Assembly: GCA_002269645.1 (NCBI GenBank) | Contig: NIVC01000305.1 | Location: 434,001-498,000 of the forward strand | Length of the DNA stretch: 64,000 bases | Direction of reading: 5' to 3' | Origin: Macrostomum lignano | Taxonomy: Eukaryota | Shown here: positions 34,301 through 46,617 of the stretch, piece after piece | Layout of the letters: each line of letters starts with the position of its first letter | Position numbering within the stretch: position 1 is the stretch's first letter | Position numbers and translations under genes: made by a program | The notes under the pieces: model-generated | Told to the model about the DNA's origin: nothing | The model's input: only the letters and a program-made list of their open reading frames with translations | Database searches by the model: none

Positions 34301-36855
34301 TACACTATTGATGACTTGCTATTTATAGATCTATGGACCAAAAAGGGGATCTGTAGGGCAGCCAGTTTAAGAATTTGGTCGCGGAAGTTGTGCACACAGC
34401 TAGATTGATTGTTACCAAGTGTGTCACCCGAGCATTTTCGGCTGATTTTCCGAGCATGAATGGATGTCTGTGGTAAAATCTCACCGAAACGCATTAGGCC
34501 CAGAAATTCACTCATGCACGGTTTTGTGCATTGCTGAACGATGACTCATCCGGCAAAGGCCATCAGCGAAGCCCCAAAATCCCCTGGGTTAGAGCCACAG
34601 ACACCAGCTGCTGCTGCTAATGCTTGAGAGCAACAGAAGCTAAAGTCTATGGTCTGAACCCGGGGCTTTCGCGGCTGGATCAGCAGAAAACATCAGATTT
34701 CATGAGACAGTAAAACATAGATATGGGTCGCAGTTCGCAGACGAACAAGCTAGCGAGCAGAGCAGTAACAAAAGTTATGCGACGGAGGAGCAGAATCCTG
34801 CCGGACAAGAAGCTGCATGGCAGTGGCCCGCGAAGCTCTTCTATGCCTTTTTCCCCCAATCATCATCGCTTCCTTGCCAGTTCTGTACAGTTTCAATTCC
34901 AATGAAATTCGCATTTTAATTTCTAGAAGCAGAGGCTCTAAGCTGATTAGGGCCGAATAAAGGCACTGGGATTAATATTTCTCCTGCAAAGCTACTCATC
35001 AGCAGGAGAGATAATTACTAAAGATTTTATCAGCACGGCTGATTAATCTTGTTGTTTTTTATACGTGGCTAAGCTTAGACTCCAGCGCTTGAAGATGCGC
35101 AAATCAATGCTTTCGTTCGAACTTCCTGTACTTTGAAGACATTATTTTCCATTGCCAAACGCTATCAGACAATCAGCTATGACAATAACCTCGGCTCCAT
35201 TATTCGGGGGGGGGGGTTGAAACGGACCAATTAAAAAATCCAAAACTACACGTAACTTAACAAAACAGTCGGAGAAAGGGCGGCTCAGCCAGTGGACCGT
35301 GTCTGACTCTCGCGCCGCGACCCCGTGGTTGGTTTGATTCCGTGTCATGGCCACATTCATTTGGGGCGCGTGGGGCTTCCCACCCATGAGGACCAACCCC
35401 CAAGGAGCATAGAGTGTACATGCTTGAGGATTAAAAAGTCTGTGTGAGCGTGTGCATGAGTGCGTGCGTGTGCACAGTATCGGCGCGCTTGTACATGCTC
35501 AGGAATCAGCGGAACGAGCAGACTTGTAGGATAAGGTAGCCGGTTGTGGGACGATGTCACCGCGAAGTTGCGCCAGGGGTGCCCACAACAGCCGCGGCCT
35601 TCCTGCTTCATCGAAAGCAAAGCAAAAGTTTGTTTCTTTTTTGTATTTGATATTTCAAACGAATGATTAAATTTCTGTCAGTTTCAAAACCGGATTTGAA
35701 AGAGCTTTACTCACTTTTGTCACGGCAAAATTCATTATAGAAGACAAAGCTGATTAACTAATCGAACACTAAGTCCCCCATCAAAACAATAATCAAAATC
35801 CTTTACCATACTCAGGTGTACTCAACCTGCAGCTTAGTCCGTCAGGTCTACGTCGATGGCGACGCAGAAGAACGCGGCACCCTGGCAGTTGTGGTGCCCC
35901 AGAGAAGCGCCATCATAGCTTGGTTCAGCGCTCGGAGACATTCGGCAGCAATGAATAGCGTAGCAAATCTCCAACACTGTGCGTCAGCTACAGCTGTTGC
36001 TGCTGTCGATGCACTCAGCATGGAGGCCGCCTGTTGCAATGAAGACTTCAAAGCAGCCGTTCTGAGGCAGATGCTTGATGCTGGGAGAGCTGCCAGGCTG
36101 AGACCGTTCGAACAGGTGCAGTGCTTTGCATAGAGTATACTGGCTTGTGATTTGGGTTTTAAGTGGCACATGTACCACTGCTGTGTACATGTATGTGTAT
36201 GCAGGGTGCTTCACAAGCTCGAAACATCACAATTACCAGTCTCTTGGTTGGCGTCCGTGTCTCTTGGTGGGCGCCCCTGTCTTTTGGTGGGCGCCCCTGT
36301 CTCTTAGTGGGCGCCCCTGTCTTTTGGTTGGCGCCCCTGTCTCTTGGAGGGCGCCCCTGTTTTTTGGTGGACGCCCCTATCTCTTGGTGGGAGGCCTGTC
36401 TCGTGATTGGCGCCCCTGTCTCTTAGTCGGGCGCCACTGTCTCTTGGTGGGCGCCCCTGTATCTTAGTCGGGCGCCCCGGTGTCTTGGTTGGTGCTCCTG
36501 TATCTTAGTCGGGCGCCACTATCCCTTAGCGGGCGCCCAGCTGTCTCGTGGTCAATTGATCGACTTGACCAACTCAACCATCGACTCAACGAAGACATCA
36601 ATCAGTCACTTTATGCGATACCGGCTACTTAATAATCTATGTAAAAGTAGAGCCAAGAGAGTTCTACGCAAAACAAGACACTTCTAACCCCGGATTCTCC
36701 AGGTGAAAGACATTCTGCTCTATCCGACGCCATTCTCCTCCGACAACAGCCTGCTGACCTCCTCTGGCAAACTGCGCCGTTTCGAGCTGCGCAAGCTGTT
36801 CTGGGAGCAGTTCAACAGGATGTACTTCGATCTGAGGCACGCCTCCAGGTGTTAA
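28333..36855 (+). CDS. Divergent long-chain acyl-CoA synthetase (ACSL-like), six predicted coding exons, one frameshift near 30620
   Basis: Exons 28333-28491 (tentative), 30376-30936, 32665-32753, 33357-34247, 35816-36115 and 36703-36855, all with GT-AG introns and compatible phases except exon 2, which is 1 nt short. Motifs: RPEWSIAELGC, ICFTGGTCG, LTHGNL, HLSHLPLSQAFER, YGLAET, WLDTGD, VDRRRHMFRLASGEWISPEKLE, LLTSSGKLRR. Confidence 0.8.
30975..31200. repeat. Degenerate about 23-bp minisatellite in an ACSL-like intron
   Basis: Recurrent GTGACTTCACTGACTCTCCTAAC. Confidence 0.8.
32075..32375 (+). mobile_element. tRNA-derived SINE
   Basis: A-box-like TAGCCTAGTG and B-box GGTTCGATTC, central GTGTCCTTGAGCAAGAC...CACCCAGCTGTAAAATGGGT, poly-C, and a 3' tail shared with the copy at 37.5 kb. 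Confidence 0.8.
36240..36545. repeat. 20-bp minisatellite (GGCGCCCCTGTCTCTTGGTT family), intronic and degenerate
   Basis: Same unit as the arrays at 48.7 and 53.9 kb. Confidence 0.9.
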
Positions 36856-37468
36856 TTACTAGTACATACCGTGGCTGCTAAATTGTAGTGAAATCTTATT
36901 TTTAAATATGACTTTTTGACACTGTGGGCTGCTACATTGCCGACGGAACACAGTCCAATATTGATAACACCTGAACTATATCACCAGCGCGAATCTGTTG
37001 TTTGTCATGCATTTGATGCATAAATAATGGTCCTTTCATAAACTAATTTTGCCTATGAAAACGATGAAAAAAATAAACTGACAAAACATTATTTAATAAG
37101 CGAGTTTAGTGTTCCGCAGGATAAAAGTGGCTGACAATGTTTACAGGTTGCTGAATGCAATATAAATTTTAGAAACATATATAATTGGTGTACCGTATTA
37201 CTGTAATCATCTTTGTACATAGACAAACAAACAAACAAATAGGATTTTAAAATTTACTAACATTCAATCAAAATACATTAACAAACGAAGCTGATAAGTG
37301 AGAAAAGTCAAGGCAGTAGCAGGTAACTTCAAACACGCAATGCACCAATAGAGCGTTTCAATGACTACTCATAGTATTAGTTATTGAACTGAATATAATA
37401 TACAAGGGCTGTCAAAAAGTAGTGGATACTTTTGCCAATCGATTTTTATTAGTCTAAATTGTATTGAT

Positions 37469-37688
37469 TACACCTGCCCCAATTGCGCGGCGTATCTGAA
37501 GGCTGCGTACGGCTGTTCAGTCCAAGGACTGGGGGGGGGGGCTGGCATTTTACAGTTGGGTGAACTGAAGCAATGCAGAGTCAAGTGTCTTGCTCAAGGA
37601 CATGTCTAAATTGTTCCCTAATGGGTCCAGAATCGAACCCCCGACCTTTCAGTTGTAAGTCCTACGCTCTAACTACTAGGCTCCAACC
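37469..37688 (-). mobile_element. Second copy of the tRNA-derived SINE
   Basis: Reverse-complement homology to 32075-32375 (GGCTGTTCAGTCCAAGGACTGGGGG, GTCTTGCTCAAGGACA, GAATCGAACC). Confidence 0.8.
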
Positions 37689-38120
37689 TTCTCTGTGCAA
37701 TTTAAGGAGGGACAGCGACCTCTTTTAGTGTACGCTTTTCAATGACTTCCGAACCTGTTGAATTTCAGGTGCGAATTCAAAACTATCACTGCTTTTTAGA
37801 CGCCCGCCGTATACTTGTAATAATGCATGAACAGTTACAGATTCAAGTAATAAAAATAAACTAGAATTATGATAACAAACTCCACAGAGTAGGCCACAAT
37901 GGAGCTATCATGAAAAAATTACAAATGTTTAATAAGATTCCTAAAGTTTGTACATGGAAATATTCAATGCGAGTTTCAGCAACCTCAGGTTAGCCAGGTG
38001 CCTGTCTGTCAGATCAGAGACCCGAGAGGTCCACCTTCCACAGTCAAGGGGGGTTTGAGACCGTCTTAAATCTGATTCAATAGTCACACTTGTGACTCCC
38101 CAACTGCCACATGTGTGAGG

Positions 38121-38630
38121 GTCAAGGGTCACACCTGACACAGTCAAAGGGTCACACCTGACACAGTCCCAGGGTCACACCTGACACAGTCCCAGGGTCA
38201 CACCTGACACAGTTCAAGGGCACAACTGACAGTCCAAGGGTCACACCTGACACAGTCCAGGACACACCTCACAGTCCAAGGGTCACACCTGACACAGTCA
38301 AGGGTCACACCTGACACAGTCAAGGGTCACACCTGACACAGTCCAAGGGTCACACCTGACACAGTCCAAGGGTCACACCTGACACAGTCCAAGGGTCACA
38401 CCTGACACAGTCAAGGGTCACACCTGACACAGTCAAGGGTCACACCTGACACAGTCAAGGGTCACACCTGACACAGTTCAAGGGTCACACCTGACACAGT
38501 CAAGGGTCACACCTGACACAGTCAAGGGTCACACCTGACACAGTCCAAGGGTCACACCTAAAAGTCCAAGGGTCACACCTGACACAGTCAAAAGGTCACA
38601 CCTGGTAGTCAAGGGTCACACCTGACACAG
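38121..38630. repeat. 22-23-bp minisatellite, about 22 copies
   Basis: Unit CAAGGGTCACACCTGACACAGT. Confidence 0.95.
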
Positions 38631-38676
38631 ATTTACTAACAAGAATGCAGGCACCTGGCAATCAGGCACAGAGGTG

Positions 38677-40033
38677 CTACCTACGCTTGCTGTGCTTCAC
38701 CACTCGGTCAATCAGCAGTGACACAAGCAGGGAGGCACCGGGAGATGATCTGGAATCGTCAGTGAGCATGGCAGATTGCAGACAGTCGGGCAGCTGTAGC
38801 TGCGGCAGCAACAGTCTCAATAATCGAAGGATCCTTCGCCTCAAGCCAGCCGCACATCCGGCCGGATGCGAACACAGCGACACGGTTGGAAGTCGGCGAC
38901 TTCGCTTTCTCAATAGTTTGCGCCGGATTCGCTTGTCGAACTCGGCACGGCACTGATCGACTGCGGAGCGGCTGTCGTCCAGAATTGAGCACAGGGCCAG
39001 CAGCAGGCGGTCGGTCGATCTGGTTGAGCAGTCGAACTCAGAGCGCAGCTCCAGCTGAGGCAGCAGGGCGCACACCAGACGGAAGGCGGCCCGTCGTAGG
39101 TAGGCGATGTCAGCGTCAGCGCGGGCCGCCTCTGCTGCCCAGGCCGACAGACAGGCGGTGCTCCGGGCTGAGGACTCCGGCTGCTGCTGCTGCTGCTGTG
39201 CACGCTTGGAGATGGTGAAGTTCTGATCGCTGATGTCGAAGATGTCGCCGCAGTCTTGGTCCAGCAGCTTTGGGGCGAAGTCGACGGGCACGTCGATAAA
39301 ACCGTTCTCGTCTACGCTGGCCTGGAGGATGAGGGCGAGTTTGAGGATCTGGGAGGCTGGCCCAGCAATTGAGGATCTGGGAGGCTGGCCCAGCAATTGA
39401 GGATCTGGGAGGCTGGCCCAGCAATTGAGGATCTGGGAGGCTGGCCCAGCAACTGAGGATCTGGGAGGCTGGCCCTGCAACTGAGGATCTGGGAGGCTGG
39501 TCCAGCAACTGAGGATTTGAGGCACTCAAACAGAACCGGCCTACCTGGATATCATAGGACGCCTCGTACTGGTCTTCCCCATCATCAATAACGATAGTGT
39601 TGGCATTGGTCAGCAATCCAGACTGGTAGGTCTCAGTCACGTGCAGCACAGTCCTGGTCACGGCGGTGGCTGCTGTATCAGCTGAGGACGGAGCCAAGCC
39701 GGAGAAGTACTCAAAGATGTTGTTATGCAAAGAGGACTCAGAGGAGACCTCAGAGCAGCGACTGTCGGGTCCGCCGCGTCCTTCGTTACCGACGGCTGGC
39801 AGATCTTTGCGAAACCGCTTGCTGACACCGCCGCTAACTGGACAGCCCAGAGTTGAGTCCACCTCGTCGCTACTGGCAACGCACCCGGCGGTTGCTAAGG
39901 GGGCATCGTCTGTGTCTGGTACATCAATTAATAACGGCTCTGGGTCATCTATAGAGCCAATTGTCAGGCCGCAGCCATTGATGGTGGCATGGTTGTGACA
40001 TGGCTGCGGTTGGGAGCGCAGCTGAGATGACAT
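38677..40033 (-). CDS. Hypothetical protein, two predicted exons (40033-39545, 39321-38677), about 377 aa
   Basis: Two GC-rich ORFs join in frame through a GT-AG intron (ATCCAG|GTAGG...CTCCAG|GCCAGC) that contains a 28-bp repeat. Acidic low-complexity N-half and Leu/Arg-rich helical C-half. Termini uncertain; further exons possible. Confidence 0.55.
39341..39520. repeat. 28-bp intronic minisatellite, about 6 copies
   Basis: Unit TGAGGATCTGGGAGGCTGGCCCAGCAA(T/C), period 28. Confidence 0.9.
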
Positions 40034-41449
40034 GATGAGGTTAGGTAAAATCTAAGCGGACAGGTTGTGAGAAATTGTGCAGAGTCAGTGCTAGCGCATT
40101 GTTGAATAGCTGCAATAAGAAAATTGTAGTAAACAAACTAAACTTTATACACATAATATATCCATGCAGCTTATTGTTGTCTTTTATTTGCCCTTCAAGC
40201 AAGTATGTTTTAATGGCTCAAGCCAAATTTAAAGAAATCTAGTCTATATTAAGGACACTAGAACAACTAGATACACCACTCAGGCATTTATACTTTGTAA
40301 AACAGCTTTCTACTTTATGTTCAGTAGCAAAGAAGAATACATAAGCTATTTTATAAAAATAAACTAAAATTAAATAGAATAATAATTGCCAAAAATGTAA
40401 ACTATGTAAGCTTGACTTTACTACTAGCAAATTTGTTACTATTTGAATTGAGTTTGGCTTAAAAATCTAAGCTTTTATAAGATTTAATTCTGCATTTCTG
40501 CTATTAGGTCAGTATAGAAATCTACTAGTCTTGCTAGTACAAGAACAAAGCTCTGCAAATAATAAAGTATTTTACATTAAATATTTATTCTATAATATTG
40601 CTGCAGCAATCTTTTGGATAATGATCACTAAGTGAAATGATCAAAGATTTTAACTTTTCAAGCATACATAGAATAACTGATTTCAGCAGTTTTATAATTT
40701 AGCATCTTGTATATTAAATCAATTTTAGATAACAATCATTTGAATATGAAAATTGCCTTAAAATGATTATGTTATAAAACCATACTCTATAGCATCTTTT
40801 TTATAAATGAGCATTTTATATGGTATATCAATTTAATTACTATTTAAATACATTCATTTAAATACTAAAATTGCTTTAAATGATTTCATTCCCAGGCTAA
40901 AGCACTTTTTGTCTTTGGTGTCTGAGTCTTAAATAACTTGTATATAATTTTTCAATTGAAATAAACCCTTTGCACAGAGGTCTTAGCTTCAATTTAGTAT
41001 ATAATTTGAAGAGAACTGATAATCTAATAATTTGAACAGCAACAACTTTCCCTCATTTTGGAAGATAATCATTTTTAATGTTATTAGTATATACAAAATA
41101 TGATTATTAACCAAGTCTATAATACTGATTAAAGGAAGTTAACAATGTGGAAAAAAATTACAATGGAACTGTATATACAAAACCTAAATTAATGTTCCTA
41201 TTAACAAAAGTATATATTTGTTTTTTCAATAGAATAAAATTGTTCTATATAAAGAAACAATTTAGTAAGTTTTAAAAAGTAACAAATTTAACTTTATTGA
41301 GTTTAGTTTAACAGTTTACTATGAACTGACTTTGATATTATATTTGATAAATACAAAAAGGTTGTTTATTGCTACAATGCCCCATGCTATAGACCCCATA
41401 GGCCTATAGAAAACATGATTATTGGCTATCTACCATGTGTAACTTCTAT

Positions 41450-42130
41450 GGTTGACAGTCATTTTGTCTGCCGCCTTTTTGTCTGCCAATATACGATATA
41501 GTCGTTTTGTCTGCCAATATATGTAATATATAAATCGGAATAACTAATTATGTCATCAAGCTTCGCATGGAAGTGTAATGTAAATGTCTTATTAATTGTT
41601 ATTTATTATAATGCTAGGATTTTTCTGAAAGTTCCAGAGCTAATATGTTGCATATAAATACACAAAGCCAGAAGCAAGTATCTCCAACCGTTTAGTTTCC
41701 ATCCAACTTTCTTTTTACAAATAATTGCAAATTTTTTAAAATAGTAAAATTTTGTAAATTGTAAATTGTAAAATTGTAAAATTGTAAAATGTTTTTACAA
41801 ATTACGCATCAAGGACCACTAGAAGTTACGTTGTAATGGTAACTTCTAGTGGTCCTTGTTACGCATGCGTCCATGGTGAAAAAATTATCGATAACACCAC
41901 TTTCTCAGAAAATAACTTCGCATCGATGCGTCGTAGAAAATGAAGAAAAACAAAATGTATCAATATAAATAAGAAAACATACTTAAAACTTGCTTATACT
42001 AATTTATTTTAATTCCCTACATAAAAAATACTAAATAAGTGAACCAAAATAAACATAAATAAAAAAAGTCGTTTTGTCTGCTAAAATTCTTTGGCAGACG
42101 AAAAGGCGGCAGACGAAATGACCGCAGACC
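41450..42130. mobile_element. MULE-like MITE
   Basis: TIRs GGTTGACAGTCATTTTGTCTGCCGCCTTTTTTGTCTGCCAA and the reverse complement GGTCTGCGGTCATTTCGTCTGCCGCCTTTTCGTCTGCCAA; TSD ACTTCTAT at 41442-41449 and 42131-42138. Confidence 0.8.
41810..41858. mobile_element. 49-bp minimal TIR element with an 8-bp TSD
   Basis: Perfect 20-bp arms CAAGGACCACTAGAAGTTAC / GTAACTTCTAGTGGTCCTTG with a 9-nt spacer; TTACGCAT duplicated at 41802-41809 and 41859-41866. Confidence 0.85.
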
Positions 42131-44354
42131 ACTTCTATGATAGCCAAAAAATGTTCTTGCATAGATGGCACCTCCACAAGGCTATGGTGTCTAGCAAATA
42201 TTTATATATTATGGCAAGTCTATAATCTGGATCATGCTAGGTGCACATTTGATCAAAAATATACACACCAAAAAAATTAATTATGCACCTATTCCTAATG
42301 GCTAAAACTATGTATTGTGACAAAATGACCTTTTTACATTGTCAAAAATAAATGACCTTTTTGAATTGCATAAGAGAACCTTTTTGGTAGATAATTTAGT
42401 TAATTTTTGTTTTTTAGCCATACTATATATAGTAGAAAATTGATATATAAAACTTTATTAAAAAGATTTGTTTAAGATTTCTTTTTATCTTTAAACAAAG
42501 ATTTCCTTTATTATAGGCCTAAGCTTAAAAAACCAGAAGGCTTGAAATTTATGCTTAAAAGAATTTTTTACTCTTTTTCTACTTAACACTTACTTTTCTA
42601 TATAATTCTATAGGCCTAAAGTAAATGCAAGGTGTACACATACACTATTTTCTTAGGACAGGAGTAATATATACCAATTATCAATTTGTATATATTCGTC
42701 AATATATACAACCTAGCCAACTAGCCAACCTAGCCAACCTAGCCAACTACAGCCTAGCTGCCTAGCCAACTATGGCTAGGCCTATGCAGTATGCACACCT
42801 ACTTTTTGCATGCAAGGCCAATACATAACCAAATTTTTGGCATATACTAAGGCCTATATGATCCGGAGTATGGTGGCAAGTATATAATAATGAGTTTACT
42901 ATTACTTAATTTACTTGTTAGTAAGTATGTTTACCCTTACCATTTAATCTCCCAATTTATTTTAACATTTAGGTCAAGATAATAAGTGATAGAGGCCAGC
43001 AAATTTCATATTTTGAATATTTTTGCTTAATAATCCAAGGCCTATTTTGAATTGATTCCTTCACTATAATTTTAATTTTTAAAAATTGGTCAGATTTTAG
43101 ACTGATACTTTTTCTAAAAAAATATACAAAATTTTAATATTGTTAATAAATAGCCCTGCCTGCACAGATAGCACATTGATCGTCTCAAAAAATTCAGTTC
43201 AGCACATGCTGTACCAAGTTTTTGACTAGGGCCTGGGGGGGGTGACGGCGTCCACCTTTAGGCCTAGGCTTTAGGCTATACCTATAATAGAGCAAAAGGA
43301 CAGATAGGGGCCAATTAGTGCAGGCAATTTCTGACGTACACTAGAATTGCCTGTCAAGCATCATAAACAAAGAAAAGGGCCTAAAGTCCTTGTTTTAGGC
43401 CCTACACTATTGTGCATTAAATTACAATGGCGTTGTGTTGACGGACACTAATATTTAGCCTTGGTCGAATGATACGGATACCGTGAACCTTGAGAAAATA
43501 GAATGACATGAAATTTTAAATACATGCCACCTTTCTCTGAAAAAGTTTTATGCTACAGCTTGTTTACTAAACGCCTCAAGCTTTCCTTTTTATATTTTTG
43601 TACGCGTTTTTATTTGTAACAAAGTAAAATAACTTATTTAGATTTTGTACCTATTTTAGAATTATCTTTTGTTTTACTATACAAAGAATAAAATTCATTA
43701 ACTCAAACCGGCAACTGAATTTTAGGTCTTAATTAGGACGGAAAACCTCGTTTTTTGGAAAAATTTAGGAGGCAGTTTTTCCAAAAGAATGCACTACGGA
43801 GATAGGAAGTATTCATTTTTCAGCACAAAATTGTTCTTGCTTTCGATAGGAGACAGACCCAATGCCCATAGTTATAAATGATGTACATGTATAGTATGTT
43901 GTTGTAATTCTCTAGCTTCTAACATGTGTATTTTTTGTATTGATATTCATAAGTCTTTTCGTTCTAAAAATTAAGCTTTCATGTTGACTTTTTATTTTAC
44001 GTACAATAATTCACTTTTAGTGCATGTCATGCCTAAAAAAATAAACCTAATTAAAATGGGACGACTCGATCGGTTCATTTGATTTTATGGATCCGTTTTA
44101 TCATTCTAGGCTAAACGTTTAAGAATATGTGTAACAGCGAGAGGGTGACTAATTTCCTAAACTGACATACAACTAGCGCAGTGTCATGAGCTTTGGATCC
44201 CAAGCCCAGCTGTACATTTCAATTTGTTTTTCTGTTTCCCTGCATGTTTCTGCAGCCCCCTATCCCCAGTGCCCCATCTCGAAAGAACTAGTTTATTTAG
44301 CTTTGTTAGCACAATTTCTAACTTGTCACAACAACAAAAAATGCGCAGTTAGCG

Positions 44355-44570
44355 TCACAGGGCGCGCTTCAAGGCCAGGTCGCGAATGAACGACACGCCC
44401 CCGGCCGAATCCGGGGCGCCGGCGTCAGCCGTTAGGGTGCCTGCAGGCGTAGCGCTAGCAGCAGCACCTCCTGCACCGGCTGTAGGCAGTACGACTCGTC
44501 GCGGATGATGTGGCCTGCCAGCTGGGTGTCGCAGGCTCGGCTCGAACAGCTGCATGGCTGCATGCCCCGC
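44355..44570 (-). mobile_element. LINE 3' fragment, related to the one at 27.3 kb
   Basis: QLAGHIIRDESYCLQPVQEVLLL and LTADAGAPDSAG align with MAGHVIRAEGYCPLPVQDVLLL and LLCDAGAPDTA. Confidence 0.65.
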
Positions 44571-44599
44571 AGGTCAAGGTTGAGCTGCGGCTGCATGGT

Positions 44600-45830
44600 T
44601 GTTCCGGAGCTGGCTGCTCGTTGTGTCGTTGTGTCGACATAGGTTAGGATGTACTTTCTTCATCCGTCCGTCGGTTCTCCAGTGGGGCCTAGGATGTCGA
44701 TCGCGCATCTCCCCAGAGAATTCACAGACCGGAAAGGATTGTACATGCGCCGGAATTCGTAGTCGGCCTTTGTTCTGAGTGCAGATCTGGCAAGAAGCGA
44801 CATACATGTAGTCGGACACTGCTTTAGCCAAGGCAGGTCGCCAGAATCTTTCGCGCATTTTGGCTTGCGTAACGTCTGTTTGTGGACTGTTTGTGGACCA
44901 TCGTCTACGATTTCCAGTTGGTCGTAAAACGCTAATACATTTCGCTCATCTTGAGCAACCCCATTGAGCAAGCGGGGATTTCGGTTGTCCATTTTCGATT
45001 AAATTGATCACCATGGCTGAGTCAGCGCGCTGATGAATCTGAAGCTCCTCGCGGGTGCCTGGCCTCGGGATGTGATCTGTTAAGTTCATTGGTCGGCTTT
45101 TTTCGGTCTGAAGCTCCCTCATAGTCGCTACTTGAACTGGTTTCCGCGATGCCGACGTGCCCGCGAAGGTCGATTATCCTCGGTTGGGCTTTCATCGATG
45201 GCTTCGGCGTCACTGTCGCTAGACTTGGACTCCTCAATTGATGATGACGAGGAACAGGAGCTGTCTGCGTCGCTGCTGAAGCTCACTTTCTTCTTGAATT
45301 TTGAACTGCGAGCAGGTCGGCAGGGGCCATCTCGTTGGCGTAGTGCTGCACTTCTGGCGCTGTCCACGTCGTCTTCAGTTAGTAGGCAGCGGCTCCGTGT
45401 AGGGCAACATGTCGGGCTACTGAACCTGCTTGGTGACACTTGAGAGTCTGCTTCCTTTTCCTTCCTTTTCTTTCGGCAGGCTGACGTCTTCTTGCTCGGT
45501 GGAGGGCCAAGGTTGTCGCTGTTGTGGATCTTCGGCGCCGCGGCGCAGGGTGTCGCTGCTGGCTGCTTACTTTGGTCCTCGTCGGCCTCCTCCAGGCAGT
45601 CGGCGTCGTCTTCTGGCCTTCTTGAGAGACTGTCGGCATTCTGATGCTGTCCTGATTTGCGATGCTGGATCTCAAACAAACTCAAATTCGCTCAGTATCT
45701 TGAGCCATCGTCCGAAGATGGCCATTCGTTGAGTTCTCCTCAGAATCCCAGGTCAGCGCGGAATGGTCGGTCTTGGCCAACAGGTAGAAGTGGAAATGTC
45801 GCATTCCGTCTATGACTGCCAATAGTTCTT
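44600..45830 (-). mobile_element. Gypsy pol fragment (RNase H to integrase N-terminus), degenerate
   Basis: ELLAVI...RHF...TDHSALTW; FEIQHRKSGQHQNADSLSRRP; FWRPALAKAV...VASCQIC; AIDILGP, in broken frames. Confidence 0.75.
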
Positions 45831-45834
45831 GTGA

Positions 45835-45935
45835 GGGGAATTCCTGAAATGTCAAGGCTTACGGGGGGAATTACTGAGATGGCAAGGCTTGGGGGGGGAA
45901 TTGCTAAGGTATAAAAGTTGGAGGTCAGAAGCTGC
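45835..45935. repeat. Degenerate about 29-bp repeat family, with a second copy at about 63615-63810
   Basis: GAAATGTCAAGGCTTACGGGGG units ending in GAGGTCAGAAGCT(G/A)CATCT at both places. Confidence 0.6.
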
Positions 45936-46617
45936 ATCTAGTTTATCTAAAAAAATTGATTACATTCTTTTTTAGCTCTAAAAAGTTAAATGCTAGGCTT
46001 TCCAACAAAATCTGCCTCTGCATCTTGAAGCAAATATGCATGTTTTCTTCAAATGCTACTTTACACAACTCTTTTAATTAATGCAATTTAGCAATTCCAG
46101 GTGATAAATCAATTGAATTGCATCACTAATTCATAAAGAGCCTTCTCGTAAAATATACGGATTACTGAAGTGCATTTTTATGATGCATGTATTTTCTGCA
46201 TACACTGTGCAATTGCAATCAAATAAAGAAAGCTTTTTATACGAATTTAGCTAAAAAACTTATCTTATTTACATGTAGACAGCGACATTCTAATAAAGAA
46301 TTCGGAATCAATTATGATGCACGACGGCTTACAATTTATGCATATCGCGACAGTGTGCAATGGAGAGGATACATATACGCTTAGAATAGCGTTCGCGATT
46401 CATAAAAGCGACGTAGGACAACCGCTAGAGACAATTTAGATGCCAAACAAATGAGCTCATCGCGTAGTACAACCGCAGATTGCGTGTCCTTATAGATGAA
46501 TAATCGCTTAAATTGCACATCTGCACAAACATATACTCAATTCATAATACATTCGTGCTGTACGTGTCTGATCCAATCATTACACAAGTTAATATGTTAA
46601 GTCTAAAGTCCAGAATA

